Assembly: GCA_964511965.1 (NCBI GenBank)
Contig: CAZEGF010000008.1
Coordinates: 3,497 to 67,496, forward strand
Reading direction: 5' to 3'
Source of the DNA: an uncultured Gammaproteobacteria bacterium
GTDB taxonomy: Bacteria > Patescibacteriota > Microgenomatia > Levybacterales > GWA1-39-11
Length of the DNA stretch: 64,000 nucleotides
The translations under genes were made by a program, and so were the position numbers. This document shows, in pieces, positions 8,891 through 18,593 of the stretch (its first letter is position 1; each line of letters starts with the position of its first letter). A model generated the notes under the pieces. It had not been told where the DNA came from, ran no database searches, and was given only the letters and a program-made list of their open reading frames with translations.

Positions 8891-9976
8891 TTAACTTTGA
8901 GGATTTCCTTGTGCCTTGCGGCCCAAAATAAGAGTTTCTTCAACGAGTCTGTTTGAGTATCCAAATTCATTGTCGTACCATGCAATAATTTTTAACATAT
9001 TCCCTGCAACTACCTGTGTTAGCGACAAATCGGCTATTGAGGAGTGTGAGTTACCGATTATATCACTTGAAACGAGTGGGTCATTGGTAACAGTAAAAAT
9101 ACCCTTCCAGCGAGGGTTTTCAGCTGCTTGTTTGAGTACCCCGTTAACCTCTTCAACCGTTACATCTCTTTTAAGTAAAAAAGTAAAATCAGAAAGAGAA
9201 CCAACTGCTACCGGAACTCGGATAGCAAGTCCGTTAAAAATTCCCTGAAGTGAAGGAATCGCTTTTGCAGCTGCAATTGTTGCACCTGATGATGTCGGGA
9301 TGATATTTTGAGCTGCATTTCTTGCCCTTCTATAATCTTTATGCCCTCCGTCTTGAAGGCTTTGGTCTGATGTATATCCGTGAATTGTCGTCATCATTGC
9401 TTTTTCAATTCCAAAAGTTTCTTCGATAATTGCTGCAACTGGTGCAATGCAATTTGTTGTACAAGATGCGTTACTAACTACATTCTCAATTTTTTCTCCA
9501 TCCTGATCATTTAGATTTACCCCCAAAACATAAGTTGCGGCACTCTGTTCATCTTTAAATGGAGCAGAGAGTATGACTGATTTTGCCCCCGCATCAATAT
9601 GAGGCTGAATTTTTTCAGGGGTAGTAAATGCACCGGTCGATTCAATAACTACATCAACATTTAGATCGCGCCAAGGTAGTTTTGAAGGATCCTTTTCAGA
9701 GAAAAAGGGAATAACTTTATCATCAACGACTAAGGCTCCAATAGTCTCTAAGGAATATTTTGCTTCTACCTCTTCCGGTTTTTGAATAAAAAGTGAATGG
9801 TGGTGAAGCTCATGATACATTGTGTCAAACTTAAGAAGATACATCCAGCCCTGCATGTCGGTTGATGACCCAGCATTAACCGCAACAATTTCAATTTCCT
9901 CCCCGAATTTCTCAATAATAATACGATGGGCGACTCTTCCGATACGACCGTAACCGTTGATTGCAACACGAACCAT
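8891..9976 (-). CDS. gap: Glyceraldehyde-3-phosphate dehydrogenase, type I
   Basis: NGYGRIGR NAD-binding motif and the active-site SCTTNC with catalytic Cys. 361 aa. Confidence 0.9.
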   Translation of the reverse strand: MVRVAINGYGRIGRVAHRIIIEKFGEEIEIVAVNAGSSTDMQGWMYLLKFDTMYHELHHHSLFIQKPEEVEAKYSLETIGALVVDDKVIPFFSEKDPSKLPWRDLNVDVVIESTGAFTTPEKIQPHIDAGAKSVILSAPFKDEQSAATYVLGVNLNDQDGEKIENVVSNASCTTNCIAPVAAIIEETFGIEKAMMTTIHGYTSDQSLQDGGHKDYRRARNAAQNIIPTSSGATIAAAKAIPSLQGIFNGLAIRVPVAVGSLSDFTFLLKRDVTVEEVNGVLKQAAENPRWKGIFTVTNDPLVSSDIIGNSHSSIADLSLTQVVAGNMLKIIAWYDNEFGYSNRLVEETLILGRKAQGNPQS

Positions 9977-10113
9977 ATATTCATAGTAGAAGAAATATGT
10001 TTTTTATTCAATAGGACAGTTTGCTATTTCTTTTTTTGGCCTCATCGAATATATTTGCGAATGCAAATGAAGCAGAAAAGCCGATAGGTATTTTCTTTTT
10101 GAGGCTTTTCAAC

Positions 10114-10119
10114 TATAAT
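10114..10119 (+). promoter_or_regulatory. -10 TATAAT box 20 nt upstream of rpmH
   Basis: TATAAT read from the sequence. No convincing -35 or Shine-Dalgarno. Confidence 0.35.
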
Positions 10120-10138
10120 ATACCCTATGTCTGAACGA

Positions 10139-10258
10139 ATGACAAAAAATAATAAATTGAAAGGACAGAAAAAGCACGGCTTTTTGGGAAGGCTCAAAAC
10201 TCTTGGTGGTAGCAATCTCATCAAAAGACGTAGACAAAAGGGCAGAAAAAGTCTCTAA
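10139..10258 (+). CDS. rpmH: 50S ribosomal protein L34 (39 aa), missed by the ORF track because it is under 60 aa
   Basis: Manual translation gives [39 protein letters not shown], which matches the L34 consensus (KRTxQPSxxKRxRxHGFRxRMxTxxGRxVLxxRRxKGRxxL). Its stop TAA overlaps the rnpA ATG (taATG), the canonical rpmH-rnpA arrangement. Confidence 0.8.
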   Translation: MTKNNKLKGQKKHGFLGRLKTLGGSNLIKRRRQKGRKSL

Positions 10259-10578
10259 TGTTTGACCGAAGTCACAGATTTTCCTTTAAAAAGGGTGCAC
10301 CAAAACGTATATTTGCTACACCCCTGTTTGTTATCAGATTTGATACAAATAACGATAAATTACACAGCAGTGTAGTTGTCGGCAAAAAGGTTGACAAACG
10401 GGCGGTTGTACGAAATAGAATTAAAAGACAAATAAACGCTATACTAAAAGAAGTGCTATCAACAGAATTAAAATTTGATATTGTTTTTTTTATAAAAAAA
10501 CAAATTAATGAGGCAGAAACTGATACTATTAAAGAAACAATTTTCAAATCTCTAAAAGAAATACACATACTTAAATGA
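10258..10578 (+). CDS. rnpA: Ribonuclease P protein component
   Basis: Basic roughly 106-aa protein with the RLxxxxxF pattern and the KRAVVRNRIKRQIN (RNR motif). Sits in the rpmH-rnpA-yidC-jag cluster. Confidence 0.8.
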   Translation: MFDRSHRFSFKKGAPKRIFATPLFVIRFDTNNDKLHSSVVVGKKVDKRAVVRNRIKRQINAILKEVLSTELKFDIVFFIKKQINEAETDTIKETIFKSLKEIHILK

Positions 10579-11390
10579 ATATCGGAGCAATTTTCACAAT
10601 CCTTCTCACACAACCTATTACAAATCTTTTAGTTGGGTGCTACCAACTTTTTGCATTTCTACATATTCCATTTGCTCTTGGTTTTTCAATAATTCTTCTA
10701 ACATTCATAATCCGTCTTGTTCTTTATCCATTTACTGCATCACAAATAAAAACGAGTAAGAAAATGCAAGATATGGCACCTCATATTTCAAATCTAAAAG
10801 CAAAACACAAAGACGATAAAAAGAAGCAGCAAGAAGAAATGATGAAGTTATATTCAGAATTTGGGGTAAATCCGGCTGCCGGATGTCTACCAGTTATTAT
10901 CCAAATCCCAATTATCTGGAGTTTGTACCATGTGTTAAGCACTGTTGTAAATGCAAATTCTGTTGCAAAGCTCAAAGAGATTAATCATCTTATGTATTTT
11001 GATGGATTAAAATTAACAAAGCTTTGGGAGGTAACATTTTTTGGAATTCCTCTTTCTCAATCTCCAGCACAACTCATGGGTCATATGCCTCTTATAATTT
11101 TAGTACCAGTCATAACTGGAGTATTACAGCTTATTTTCTCAAAAATGATGGCACCGGAAGTTGCACCAACCGGAAAACAAGATGACTTTCAGGCTACCTT
11201 TGCAAAACAATCGCTATTTATTTTCCCAATCATGATTGCATTCTTTTCGTTTAGACTTCCATTCGGACTCTCATTATACTGGAATGCGTTCACGATTTTT
11301 GGTATAATTCAGCAGTACTTTTTAGTTGGACTTGGTGGCCTAAAGCAATGGCAAAAGTTCACAGCAAATTTATATGGAAAAAGAAATTAG
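10575..11390 (+). CDS. yidC: Membrane protein insertase YidC/Oxa1 (short form)
   Basis: Five-TM core with conserved PxxxxQ and NPxxGCLP(V/I)IIQIPI motifs. Directly follows rnpA. Confidence 0.8.
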   Translation: MNIGAIFTILLTQPITNLLVGCYQLFAFLHIPFALGFSIILLTFIIRLVLYPFTASQIKTSKKMQDMAPHISNLKAKHKDDKKKQQEEMMKLYSEFGVNPAAGCLPVIIQIPIIWSLYHVLSTVVNANSVAKLKEINHLMYFDGLKLTKLWEVTFFGIPLSQSPAQLMGHMPLIILVPVITGVLQLIFSKMMAPEVAPTGKQDDFQATFAKQSLFIFPIMIAFFSFRLPFGLSLYWNAFTIFGIIQQYFLVGLGGLKQWQKFTANLYGKRN

Positions 11391-11826
11391 TGTAATACAA
11401 AAAGAGCTTGAAAAGCTCCTCAAACAAATTGGAGTTAAATCAACTATTGTAGTTGAGGCTAATGATGACGGGTATACAATTGTTCTGGACGCTTTAGAAG
11501 ACAACGCACTTCTTATTGGAAAACATGGAAATACACTCGCTTCTCTTGAACTTATTGTTAATCTGATTGTTGCAAATAAATTAGGAGAATTTAGAAGAAC
11601 AACAATCGAAATTGGTAGTTATAGAGCTGAACGGGAACAATATCTCACAGAGCTTGCTGATAAGTTGAAAGAGGAAGTTATAACATCAGGTTACGAAAAA
11701 CAAGTAAGGGGTCTAAAGCCTTGGGAAAGAAGATATTTGCATATGCATTTGGCTGAAGATAATGACGTCATGACAGAATCGGTTGGTGAAGACCGCGACC
11801 GCACATTAGTTATCAAAAAGAAGTGA
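11374..11826 (+). CDS. jag: Jag/KhpB-like RNA-binding protein (KH + R3H domains)
   Basis: C-terminal R3H-like LKPWERRYLHMHLAED. Position after yidC. Confidence 0.7.
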   Translation: MEKEISVIQKELEKLLKQIGVKSTIVVEANDDGYTIVLDALEDNALLIGKHGNTLASLELIVNLIVANKLGEFRRTTIEIGSYRAEREQYLTELADKLKEEVITSGYEKQVRGLKPWERRYLHMHLAEDNDVMTESVGEDRDRTLVIKKK

Positions 11827-13064
11827 ACCGTTATCAGAGAATAGCCTTTTTCTCACTGCTCGCAACACTCCCAATACAATTAGGTAAACATTTCTGGCCA
11901 CTATTCTCATTTGTTCAAGGAATAAGAATTGATTATTTATCTCCAACATTTTATTTAAGTGACCTCTGTTTTATTTTTCTTTTTCTTGTTTCTTTCAGAT
12001 CTTTAAAATTTAAACTTTCTAAAATATTCTTTTCAAAACTTGGAGTTATTTTAGTTTTTAGTATGTTTTGTTCAACAATTCTTGCAGCAAACTTATATGC
12101 AGCAATCTTTGGGGTAGTAAAGTTGTCGGAATTTATATATATAGGGGTTTTTGTCTCCCATTTTTTTAAGAAAAGGGATATAGAAAGCTCTCTGTTCATT
12201 CTTGCTCTTGGTGGTTTAGTTGAGAGCGTTATTATTTTATTTCAATTTGTCGCTCAGCATTCTCTTGGGGGCATGTTCTACTATTTAGGAGAAAGGACCT
12301 TTAATGCATCAACTCCTGGGATCGCAACAGCCCAATTTATGGGAAATTATTTATTAAGGCCAAATGGTACATTTCCCCACCCAAATGTTGCTGCATTTTT
12401 TCTTTTGTTTGTCTTCGTTTGGGTTTTATACTCTTTAAAATTACAAAAGACTTTTATAAGTTTTTTAAAGATTTTAGTACTTGTGATTTTATCTATTGGG
12501 ATCGTATTGACGCTGTCAAGAATAATTACTTTTCTTTTGATTGGTATAATTCTTTACAAAATAAGACCATCGGGAAGAATTAATATCACACTTACTCTTT
12601 TAGGAGTGTTGGGTATATGTATTTTACTATTTCAGAGGTTTGAAGCTACCCTTATTAAGGATTTAGTGTTAAGAGAGGAGCTTGTTGAAATTGCAGTAAA
12701 AATATTCTTTGCAAATCCGGTTTTTGGAACAGGTCTTAACAATTTTTTCTATACTGAAATACTCTTTCAAAAAACCCTAAGCCCCATACTGTTACAGCCT
12801 GTACACAATATATATCTTTATTGGATTACTCAAACCGGAATTGTAGGTTTTGTTATTGCAGTTTCATTTATTAAAAAAATAGCAATAGAATTAAAAAAGA
12901 AAATTGAATTAAAAATCAAAGAAAATTTTTACAAATTCGTAGCAATAACAATTTTTTGTATCGGCTTTACCGGGATGTTTGACCATTATTTTTTAACGCT
13001 TCAGCAAGGACAACTCCTAACAACAATTATAATAGGGTTCTGCTTTTCAAATATTGATTCTTAA
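11823..13064 (+). CDS. Polytopic membrane protein, O-antigen ligase / Wzy-polymerase-like
   Basis: About 11 predicted TM helices with a large loop near the C-terminal third. Sits in the envelope context. Family assignment is by architecture only. Confidence 0.35.
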   Translation: MNRYQRIAFFSLLATLPIQLGKHFWPLFSFVQGIRIDYLSPTFYLSDLCFIFLFLVSFRSLKFKLSKIFFSKLGVILVFSMFCSTILAANLYAAIFGVVKLSEFIYIGVFVSHFFKKRDIESSLFILALGGLVESVIILFQFVAQHSLGGMFYYLGERTFNASTPGIATAQFMGNYLLRPNGTFPHPNVAAFFLLFVFVWVLYSLKLQKTFISFLKILVLVILSIGIVLTLSRIITFLLIGIILYKIRPSGRINITLTLLGVLGICILLFQRFEATLIKDLVLREELVEIAVKIFFANPVFGTGLNNFFYTEILFQKTLSPILLQPVHNIYLYWITQTGIVGFVIAVSFIKKIAIELKKKIELKIKENFYKFVAITIFCIGFTGMFDHYFLTLQQGQLLTTIIIGFCFSNIDS

Positions 13065-15310
13065 TGAGGAGTTGGTGTAGGTTCTTGTGGTTGAGGGCAA
13101 GTAACACAATAAGAGTCACCGGTTGGATCAGTTACTATTGCCTCGTCTTTTTCCTCAACGTTATCTGTTTTTCCAGCTGGGGCAAGCGTTTGTGTTGTCT
13201 TATCTACAAAAACTTTACGCATGCCAGGATCAACTGTTCTTGGCAGAGTACCTTTAATGAAATATTCAAATCTTGTTGGGCATACATAAGGTGAGCCTGC
13301 CGGTTGCGGCAATAGACCTGAGGTTGCACAGACCGTTGCGCCGATAACATTATCCGGTTTGTTAAGAGTCTCGACGGGCTTTCCTTCTAAAAGCTTTGCC
13401 ATTATTTGGTGCCAGATAGGAGCTGCTCCCGTTATTCCTGAAACAACACCCTGAAGTGGTTTATTGTCATTATTACCTACCCAGGTTGCTACTACATATG
13501 AAGGGGTATATCCTATGGTCCAGTTATCACGGTAATCATTTGTTGTTCCGGTTTTGACAGACACTGTCTGTCCTTTAATTGATAATGGAGAATTACTACC
13601 GAAGGAAGCACTTCTTGCTCCATTGTCTGAGAGTATATTAGAAATAATATATGCTACCCCATCAGGAAGAACTTTTTTCCCTAATAGAGGACTTTCTACG
13701 GGTTTGTATTGCTGTATTATTTTTCCTTTAGAATCGGTAACTTTTAATATTGGATGAAGGCCAATCTTATATCCGGAATTTGCAAATACACCGTAGGCTT
13801 CTGTCATTTCAACCATTGTTACCTCTCCTCCACCAAGCGTTAAAGATAATCCATAGCGATCCGGATCAGTAAATGAATTAATACCCATTGCACTTGCTGT
13901 TGCAATCATGGCTTCTAGTCCATTTAATTTGAGCATTTTTACAGCGGGTATATTAAATGAATTTGCCAATGCATATCTCATCTGTTGTACTCCATGGAAC
14001 TTAAGATCATAGTTGAGAGGGCAATATGGTGCACCTGATGGATTTGGAAAGCATGTTTTTTGATCAACAAATGGTGTTGCGGCAGTATATCCTTTAATAA
14101 GACCTGTCGCATAATTTATTGGTTTGATTGATGATCCAGGTTGTCTTTTTGAAATTGCTACATTTACGTTTCCATCCCTTTCGGTATCAAAATAATTTCT
14201 ACTTCCAACCATCGCCAAAACTTCACCGGTGCCGGGACGTGTTACCATACTTGCTGCGTTATACCAATTATTACCGGTTAATGTTGCCTCTTCCGTCGCT
14301 ATTGCATCCTCTGCTATCTTTTGGACGTCAAGGTCAAGTGACGTTGTAACAATTAATCCACCCTGTTCTACCATCTTTTCACCATATTGTTGTACGAGAA
14401 GATCTTTAATAAAGAATACGAAATGAGGAGCTAGTATCGTGTCTTTAATATGATTAAAAACAAGAGGTTCATTCTTGGCCTGCTCGAGCTGATTTTTTGT
14501 AATATAACCGGAGTCTTTCATTGCTTGAAGAACCTGAAGTTGTCTGCTTTTGCCATTTTCAGGATGCGACCCAAAAGGTGAATAAACACTTGGGGCCTGT
14601 GGGAGGCCTGCAAGAAATGCGCTTTCAGAGAGAGTTAATTTCGATACTTCCTTACCAAAATAAATTTGTGATGCTGCCTCTACTCCCCATGCTGTACCTC
14701 CATAAGAAACCTGGTTAAGGTACATTTCCAAAATTCTATTTTTAGAATAGATCGACTCAACGACAAAAGACAGCAACACTTCCTTTATTTTTCTTGTAAT
14801 CGTTCGATCTAAAGTCAAAAGTGAATTTCTAACGAGTTGTTGTGTTATGGTAGACCCTCCCTGTACTGACTTATGCGTTAACGTTACATACGCAGCGCGC
14901 ATAATGCCTCTGATATCAACCGCACCGTGATTATAGAAATTTTTATCTTCAATTGAGATCGTTGCTTCCTGTAGGTATTTTGGGATTTTGTTTAAAGATA
15001 CAAATGATTGATTTCTACTTGCATAGATTGTGTAAAGCAATTTTCCGTCCCGCGAATAAATTTTGCTAGATTGAGGGAAGTTATTGCTTCCTATTACAGT
15101 TGCACGTGGTACATCTTTTATGACTAATAATATTGCTACTGCGAAAATACTGATAGGTATTGCTAAGAGAAAGTAACTGAGTAAAAGCCATTTATTTTTA
15201 ACTAGAATTGAAGGTTTTTTAATAACCTTCAAAACCATTCGAAATGGATAGGACAAGCGTTTGGTTGCTTTTTTCATTGGGGCTTTTGAGTACTGTTTTT
15301 TAGTAAACAT
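13061..15310 (-). CDS. Second class A penicillin-binding protein (GT51 + transpeptidase)
   Basis: EDKNFYNHGAVD, GGSTITQQL, SxxK (GSSIKP) and KTGTT motifs. Cys-rich C-terminal tail CVTCPQPQEPTPTPH. Confidence 0.85.
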   Translation of the reverse strand: MFTKKQYSKAPMKKATKRLSYPFRMVLKVIKKPSILVKNKWLLLSYFLLAIPISIFAVAILLVIKDVPRATVIGSNNFPQSSKIYSRDGKLLYTIYASRNQSFVSLNKIPKYLQEATISIEDKNFYNHGAVDIRGIMRAAYVTLTHKSVQGGSTITQQLVRNSLLTLDRTITRKIKEVLLSFVVESIYSKNRILEMYLNQVSYGGTAWGVEAASQIYFGKEVSKLTLSESAFLAGLPQAPSVYSPFGSHPENGKSRQLQVLQAMKDSGYITKNQLEQAKNEPLVFNHIKDTILAPHFVFFIKDLLVQQYGEKMVEQGGLIVTTSLDLDVQKIAEDAIATEEATLTGNNWYNAASMVTRPGTGEVLAMVGSRNYFDTERDGNVNVAISKRQPGSSIKPINYATGLIKGYTAATPFVDQKTCFPNPSGAPYCPLNYDLKFHGVQQMRYALANSFNIPAVKMLKLNGLEAMIATASAMGINSFTDPDRYGLSLTLGGGEVTMVEMTEAYGVFANSGYKIGLHPILKVTDSKGKIIQQYKPVESPLLGKKVLPDGVAYIISNILSDNGARSASFGSNSPLSIKGQTVSVKTGTTNDYRDNWTIGYTPSYVVATWVGNNDNKPLQGVVSGITGAAPIWHQIMAKLLEGKPVETLNKPDNVIGATVCATSGLLPQPAGSPYVCPTRFEYFIKGTLPRTVDPGMRKVFVDKTTQTLAPAGKTDNVEEKDEAIVTDPTGDSYCVTCPQPQEPTPTPH

Positions 15311-15335
15311 GATTGTATCACAATGGACTTATAAA

Positions 15336-18029
15336 TTATTTTTGCACAGAAGCCTTTTGAATTTCAATTTGAGTTTGAAAGTCTTTTTTAATAGTCTCCT
15401 CTTTTTCTAAAAAGTTCTTACCATATGCATCAGCTGAGGCATTAACAGGAATAAATCCTTCAGGATAATCGACAGTCGTTTTTAATTTATACGGCTTTGT
15501 ACCTGGTTGCTTTATATAAAGTAGTGAGTAGTTAACGATAGTTGATATTGACTTTGAAATTCCATTATCATAGTCAATTTTAATATCTGATTTCTCATCC
15601 GGTAATACTGTTGCGATAAACGCAAAAAAAGTAAGATTGTCTTTATTATATTGTTCAACCTCAAGTTTTCCGGATGGTTTAAAGTTTTTTGCTTCGTATA
15701 TTTTAAAATCCGTAACTGCTGGAGTTGTTGTTTGTTTGACACCATTAATCGTAATTTGTTTTAGAACACTTCCCTTCGGAACTGCTATCTGTATATAGGT
15801 TTTATAAGTGTCTACAGGACTAATATTTGTTAACAGAAGATTTGCTTGTGAGGATACTCTCCCCTGCTCAAGCATCGCTTCATAGTTAACCTCTCTGGAG
15901 ATATTTGCATTGACTTTATTTGCACCAATATTTGCTTCGTTTATATACAAGAAATCATTTAACGATTTTGGACTAGATTTTCTGGCATCGTTATACTCTC
16001 CGGCATAGCCGTTAGCGGAAAAAGCTTTTTGAATGGAATTGTCACTGAATGAGATAATAATATCCTTCTGCTCTAATAAGTCAGGTATTAATTTTGCGGC
16101 TTTAATATAGAATTTTGAGTCTGTCGTAAATTTTAATAAAAGTTGAGTAAAAAGGCTATTGAGAATATCCCTCTTTTCTGTTGAGCCTGGGAAAAAATTG
16201 TCTTTTATGGTGGTTTGAATAAATTGTGAAACAGTGTCACTGTCAACAGTTACATTGTAGCTTTGAAGTTTTATTGGACCGGTAATTCTTAGTATTTCCC
16301 TAAGAACTTCCAAATCAATAGCTATAACAGCGTCAGGTTTTTTCCCAGTTTCTAGGTTATAAAGAAGCGCGGCCATGCTTGCTGACTCTTGAAAATTAAG
16401 GTAAAAATTGCTATCCCGAAGGTATAGATGTGGTTGCAGATAGCGTCTTACTATAAAAGGAGGTTCAATATGATTTCTTAATTGTCCATCCAACTCATAA
16501 ACATCTTGAATTGTAAGATTTTGTATTTTACCTTTTTTAACAACTGCATCCCCTATTGAACCAATAAACCCTCCGGTTGGACGAAGCTCATCATCGTTTT
16601 GAAATAAAAGTAGATAATTTTTATCTTCATAAAATCCGAGGATGGTTGGCAATATTTCTGACAGACTTAAAAGCTTTGAATAGGTTTGTTTTAATCTGGA
16701 GGAAATGTCTTTGTTCCCCGTCTCAAGTGACACCCTCTGCCCTTCTGAATAAAGAAAGGAAAGATTTGATGTTATAGATGATAACGATTGTTCAGAATTA
16801 AAATTTCCTTTAAACAATTTCGTCATAGTAACTCCAGTAATTTGAGAAAGCTCACCTGCTTTTTGCACAAAAGTATAAGAGGTAACAGCCTTTTGAAAAA
16901 CATCTATGTTACCAATTAGATCAAATGTAATATTAGTTGTCGGTTTAATTGCCGTTAAAAAATAATTTGATATTCTTGCATCTTTTTCAACGTTTTTAAA
17001 ATTGTCGGTCTTTATATCCTCCACTGCGAGACGTAAATAAAACAAACCCATTCCAAAGAAAAATAGATTTATGAATATAAAAAGTATAGATCCAAAAAGA
17101 ATACTAAGAATAGTAAATTTTAAGGTACTTAATAATTTTCTTTTCCTTTTTAATCTTCTCGATTTATTTACTTTGCCGGGAGTAGTCGCATCATGTAGAA
17201 TTTCTTTATTCTCAAGTATAGGAGTAAAAGCTTTATCAAATCCTTCGGAAGAAGAATCCAAATAAGAGTCATGTAGTTGAAGACGGGTTGTCAATATAGT
17301 TTTTATTTCATCTCGTGAAATTGTAAGAGAATTATTCCTTTCATCCGAAAATTTAATTTTAATTTCTGGATCCAATCTGGCGATAGCATGCGAGACAGCA
17401 AGAATTGTTTCTGGTGTTTTATAGAAGAGATAATGAATAGTCTCATTTTTATAATTCCCTAACATTAATCTTAAAATTCCTGTGATAGCATCTTTAACGG
17501 ATATAGGATAAACAGACGATAAGTTGTCTCCGTGTAAATCGATTTCATGCTTTGATATTACGTTGTCAATAATTTTCGAAAGTTGTCCATTTTGATTACC
17601 CTCCTTTTGAACCATAAGCTCCCCAAGCAATGCAAATCTAATATGTGGAAAAGATTTGTATTCTCTAATTACATCTATTACTTTAATAAGTGAGAAAACT
17701 GTAACAACAAATAGAACTCGTGTTTGGTCTAGAGAGAATTTTGACATAACAGGGTGCAGAAGAGTTGTAGTTTTGTCTTCAGCTACTAGGACTAAAGCAT
17801 AATCTATTGTTTCTTCAAGCTTAGGAAGAAGGGTTGCGTCTTGGTACGTTAAGAAATAAATCTCCGGGAAATCTTCTAGAAAGTTTGGCTTCTTATGACT
17901 TATCAAAATAATACGAAATTTTTTCGAATATTCTCTCACCAATTGACCCTGCAAGAATTCCTCATCACCATATATACAAAGCAAAGGAAGTTTTGATTCT
18001 CTTTCCTCAACAAGTTGTAAATTTGGCAT
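15336..18029 (-). CDS. Large (897 aa) membrane-anchored envelope protein: roughly 290-aa cytoplasmic N-domain, one TM, large extracytoplasmic domain; possibly DUF4012 family
   Basis: Single TM (LKFTILSILFGSILFIFINLFFFGMGLF). The RPTGGFIGS motif is what I recall for DUF4012, but this is not verified. Confidence 0.4.
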   Translation of the reverse strand: MPNLQLVEERESKLPLLCIYGDEEFLQGQLVREYSKKFRIILISHKKPNFLEDFPEIYFLTYQDATLLPKLEETIDYALVLVAEDKTTTLLHPVMSKFSLDQTRVLFVVTVFSLIKVIDVIREYKSFPHIRFALLGELMVQKEGNQNGQLSKIIDNVISKHEIDLHGDNLSSVYPISVKDAITGILRLMLGNYKNETIHYLFYKTPETILAVSHAIARLDPEIKIKFSDERNNSLTISRDEIKTILTTRLQLHDSYLDSSSEGFDKAFTPILENKEILHDATTPGKVNKSRRLKRKRKLLSTLKFTILSILFGSILFIFINLFFFGMGLFYLRLAVEDIKTDNFKNVEKDARISNYFLTAIKPTTNITFDLIGNIDVFQKAVTSYTFVQKAGELSQITGVTMTKLFKGNFNSEQSLSSITSNLSFLYSEGQRVSLETGNKDISSRLKQTYSKLLSLSEILPTILGFYEDKNYLLLFQNDDELRPTGGFIGSIGDAVVKKGKIQNLTIQDVYELDGQLRNHIEPPFIVRRYLQPHLYLRDSNFYLNFQESASMAALLYNLETGKKPDAVIAIDLEVLREILRITGPIKLQSYNVTVDSDTVSQFIQTTIKDNFFPGSTEKRDILNSLFTQLLLKFTTDSKFYIKAAKLIPDLLEQKDIIISFSDNSIQKAFSANGYAGEYNDARKSSPKSLNDFLYINEANIGANKVNANISREVNYEAMLEQGRVSSQANLLLTNISPVDTYKTYIQIAVPKGSVLKQITINGVKQTTTPAVTDFKIYEAKNFKPSGKLEVEQYNKDNLTFFAFIATVLPDEKSDIKIDYDNGISKSISTIVNYSLLYIKQPGTKPYKLKTTVDYPEGFIPVNASADAYGKNFLEKEETIKKDFQTQIEIQKASVQK

Positions 18030-18121
18030 ACCATTTTATTGTAGAGATATAATTACCGCTTGTCGAGTATTTTGAGCGTAATGCGGGAAAACCTTTACAC
18101 AACGATTTTTATGGTAGTTTG

Positions 18122-18544
18122 TTAAATTTTGAAGTCAAGAGCATCATTTACTAAGCCATCAGCTACCTTGTTTTGGGCACGAGGAATCTGAGAATATATA
18201 ATTTGAGCTGAGAGTTGTGCCTCAAGATTTTTTGCTACCAAAAATAACTCTCTCATATTTGGATGTTTTACCTTAAACTTTCCATCCATTTGTCGTGCAA
18301 CTAGAAGTGAATCTAAATGAAAATGAATCACCTCGATATTAGGATAGTGTTCAATAACCCAACGGAGGGCATTAATTACAGCAGAGTACTCCGCAACATT
18401 ATTTGTGTTAATACCAATTCGTTTTCCTTCTCCATATATTTGATTTTTGTTTTCATCAAACACTGCAAACCCGTAAGCTGCTTCCCCAGGATTTCCCCGT
18501 GATCCTCCGTCTCCGTAAATGATAAGTTTTGAATGAGGTTTCAT
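18122..18544 (-). CDS. rnhA: Ribonuclease HI
   Basis: DGGSRGNPG start, NNVAEY, and the DSxLV and D catalytic positions. 140 aa. Confidence 0.85.
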   Translation of the reverse strand: MKPHSKLIIYGDGGSRGNPGEAAYGFAVFDENKNQIYGEGKRIGINTNNVAEYSAVINALRWVIEHYPNIEVIHFHLDSLLVARQMDGKFKVKHPNMRELFLVAKNLEAQLSAQIIYSQIPRAQNKVADGLVNDALDFKI

Positions 18545-18593
18545 TTATGCATTGCAGTTTTTTTCGATGGTTGTAACCGAAAAGCCTGCTATA

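Noticed and set aside
18560-18590. Hairpin ttttcg-N11-cgaaaa between rnhA and the flippase as a terminator
   Set aside because: The stem is short (6 bp, AT-rich) and there is no U-tract. It is not convincing.
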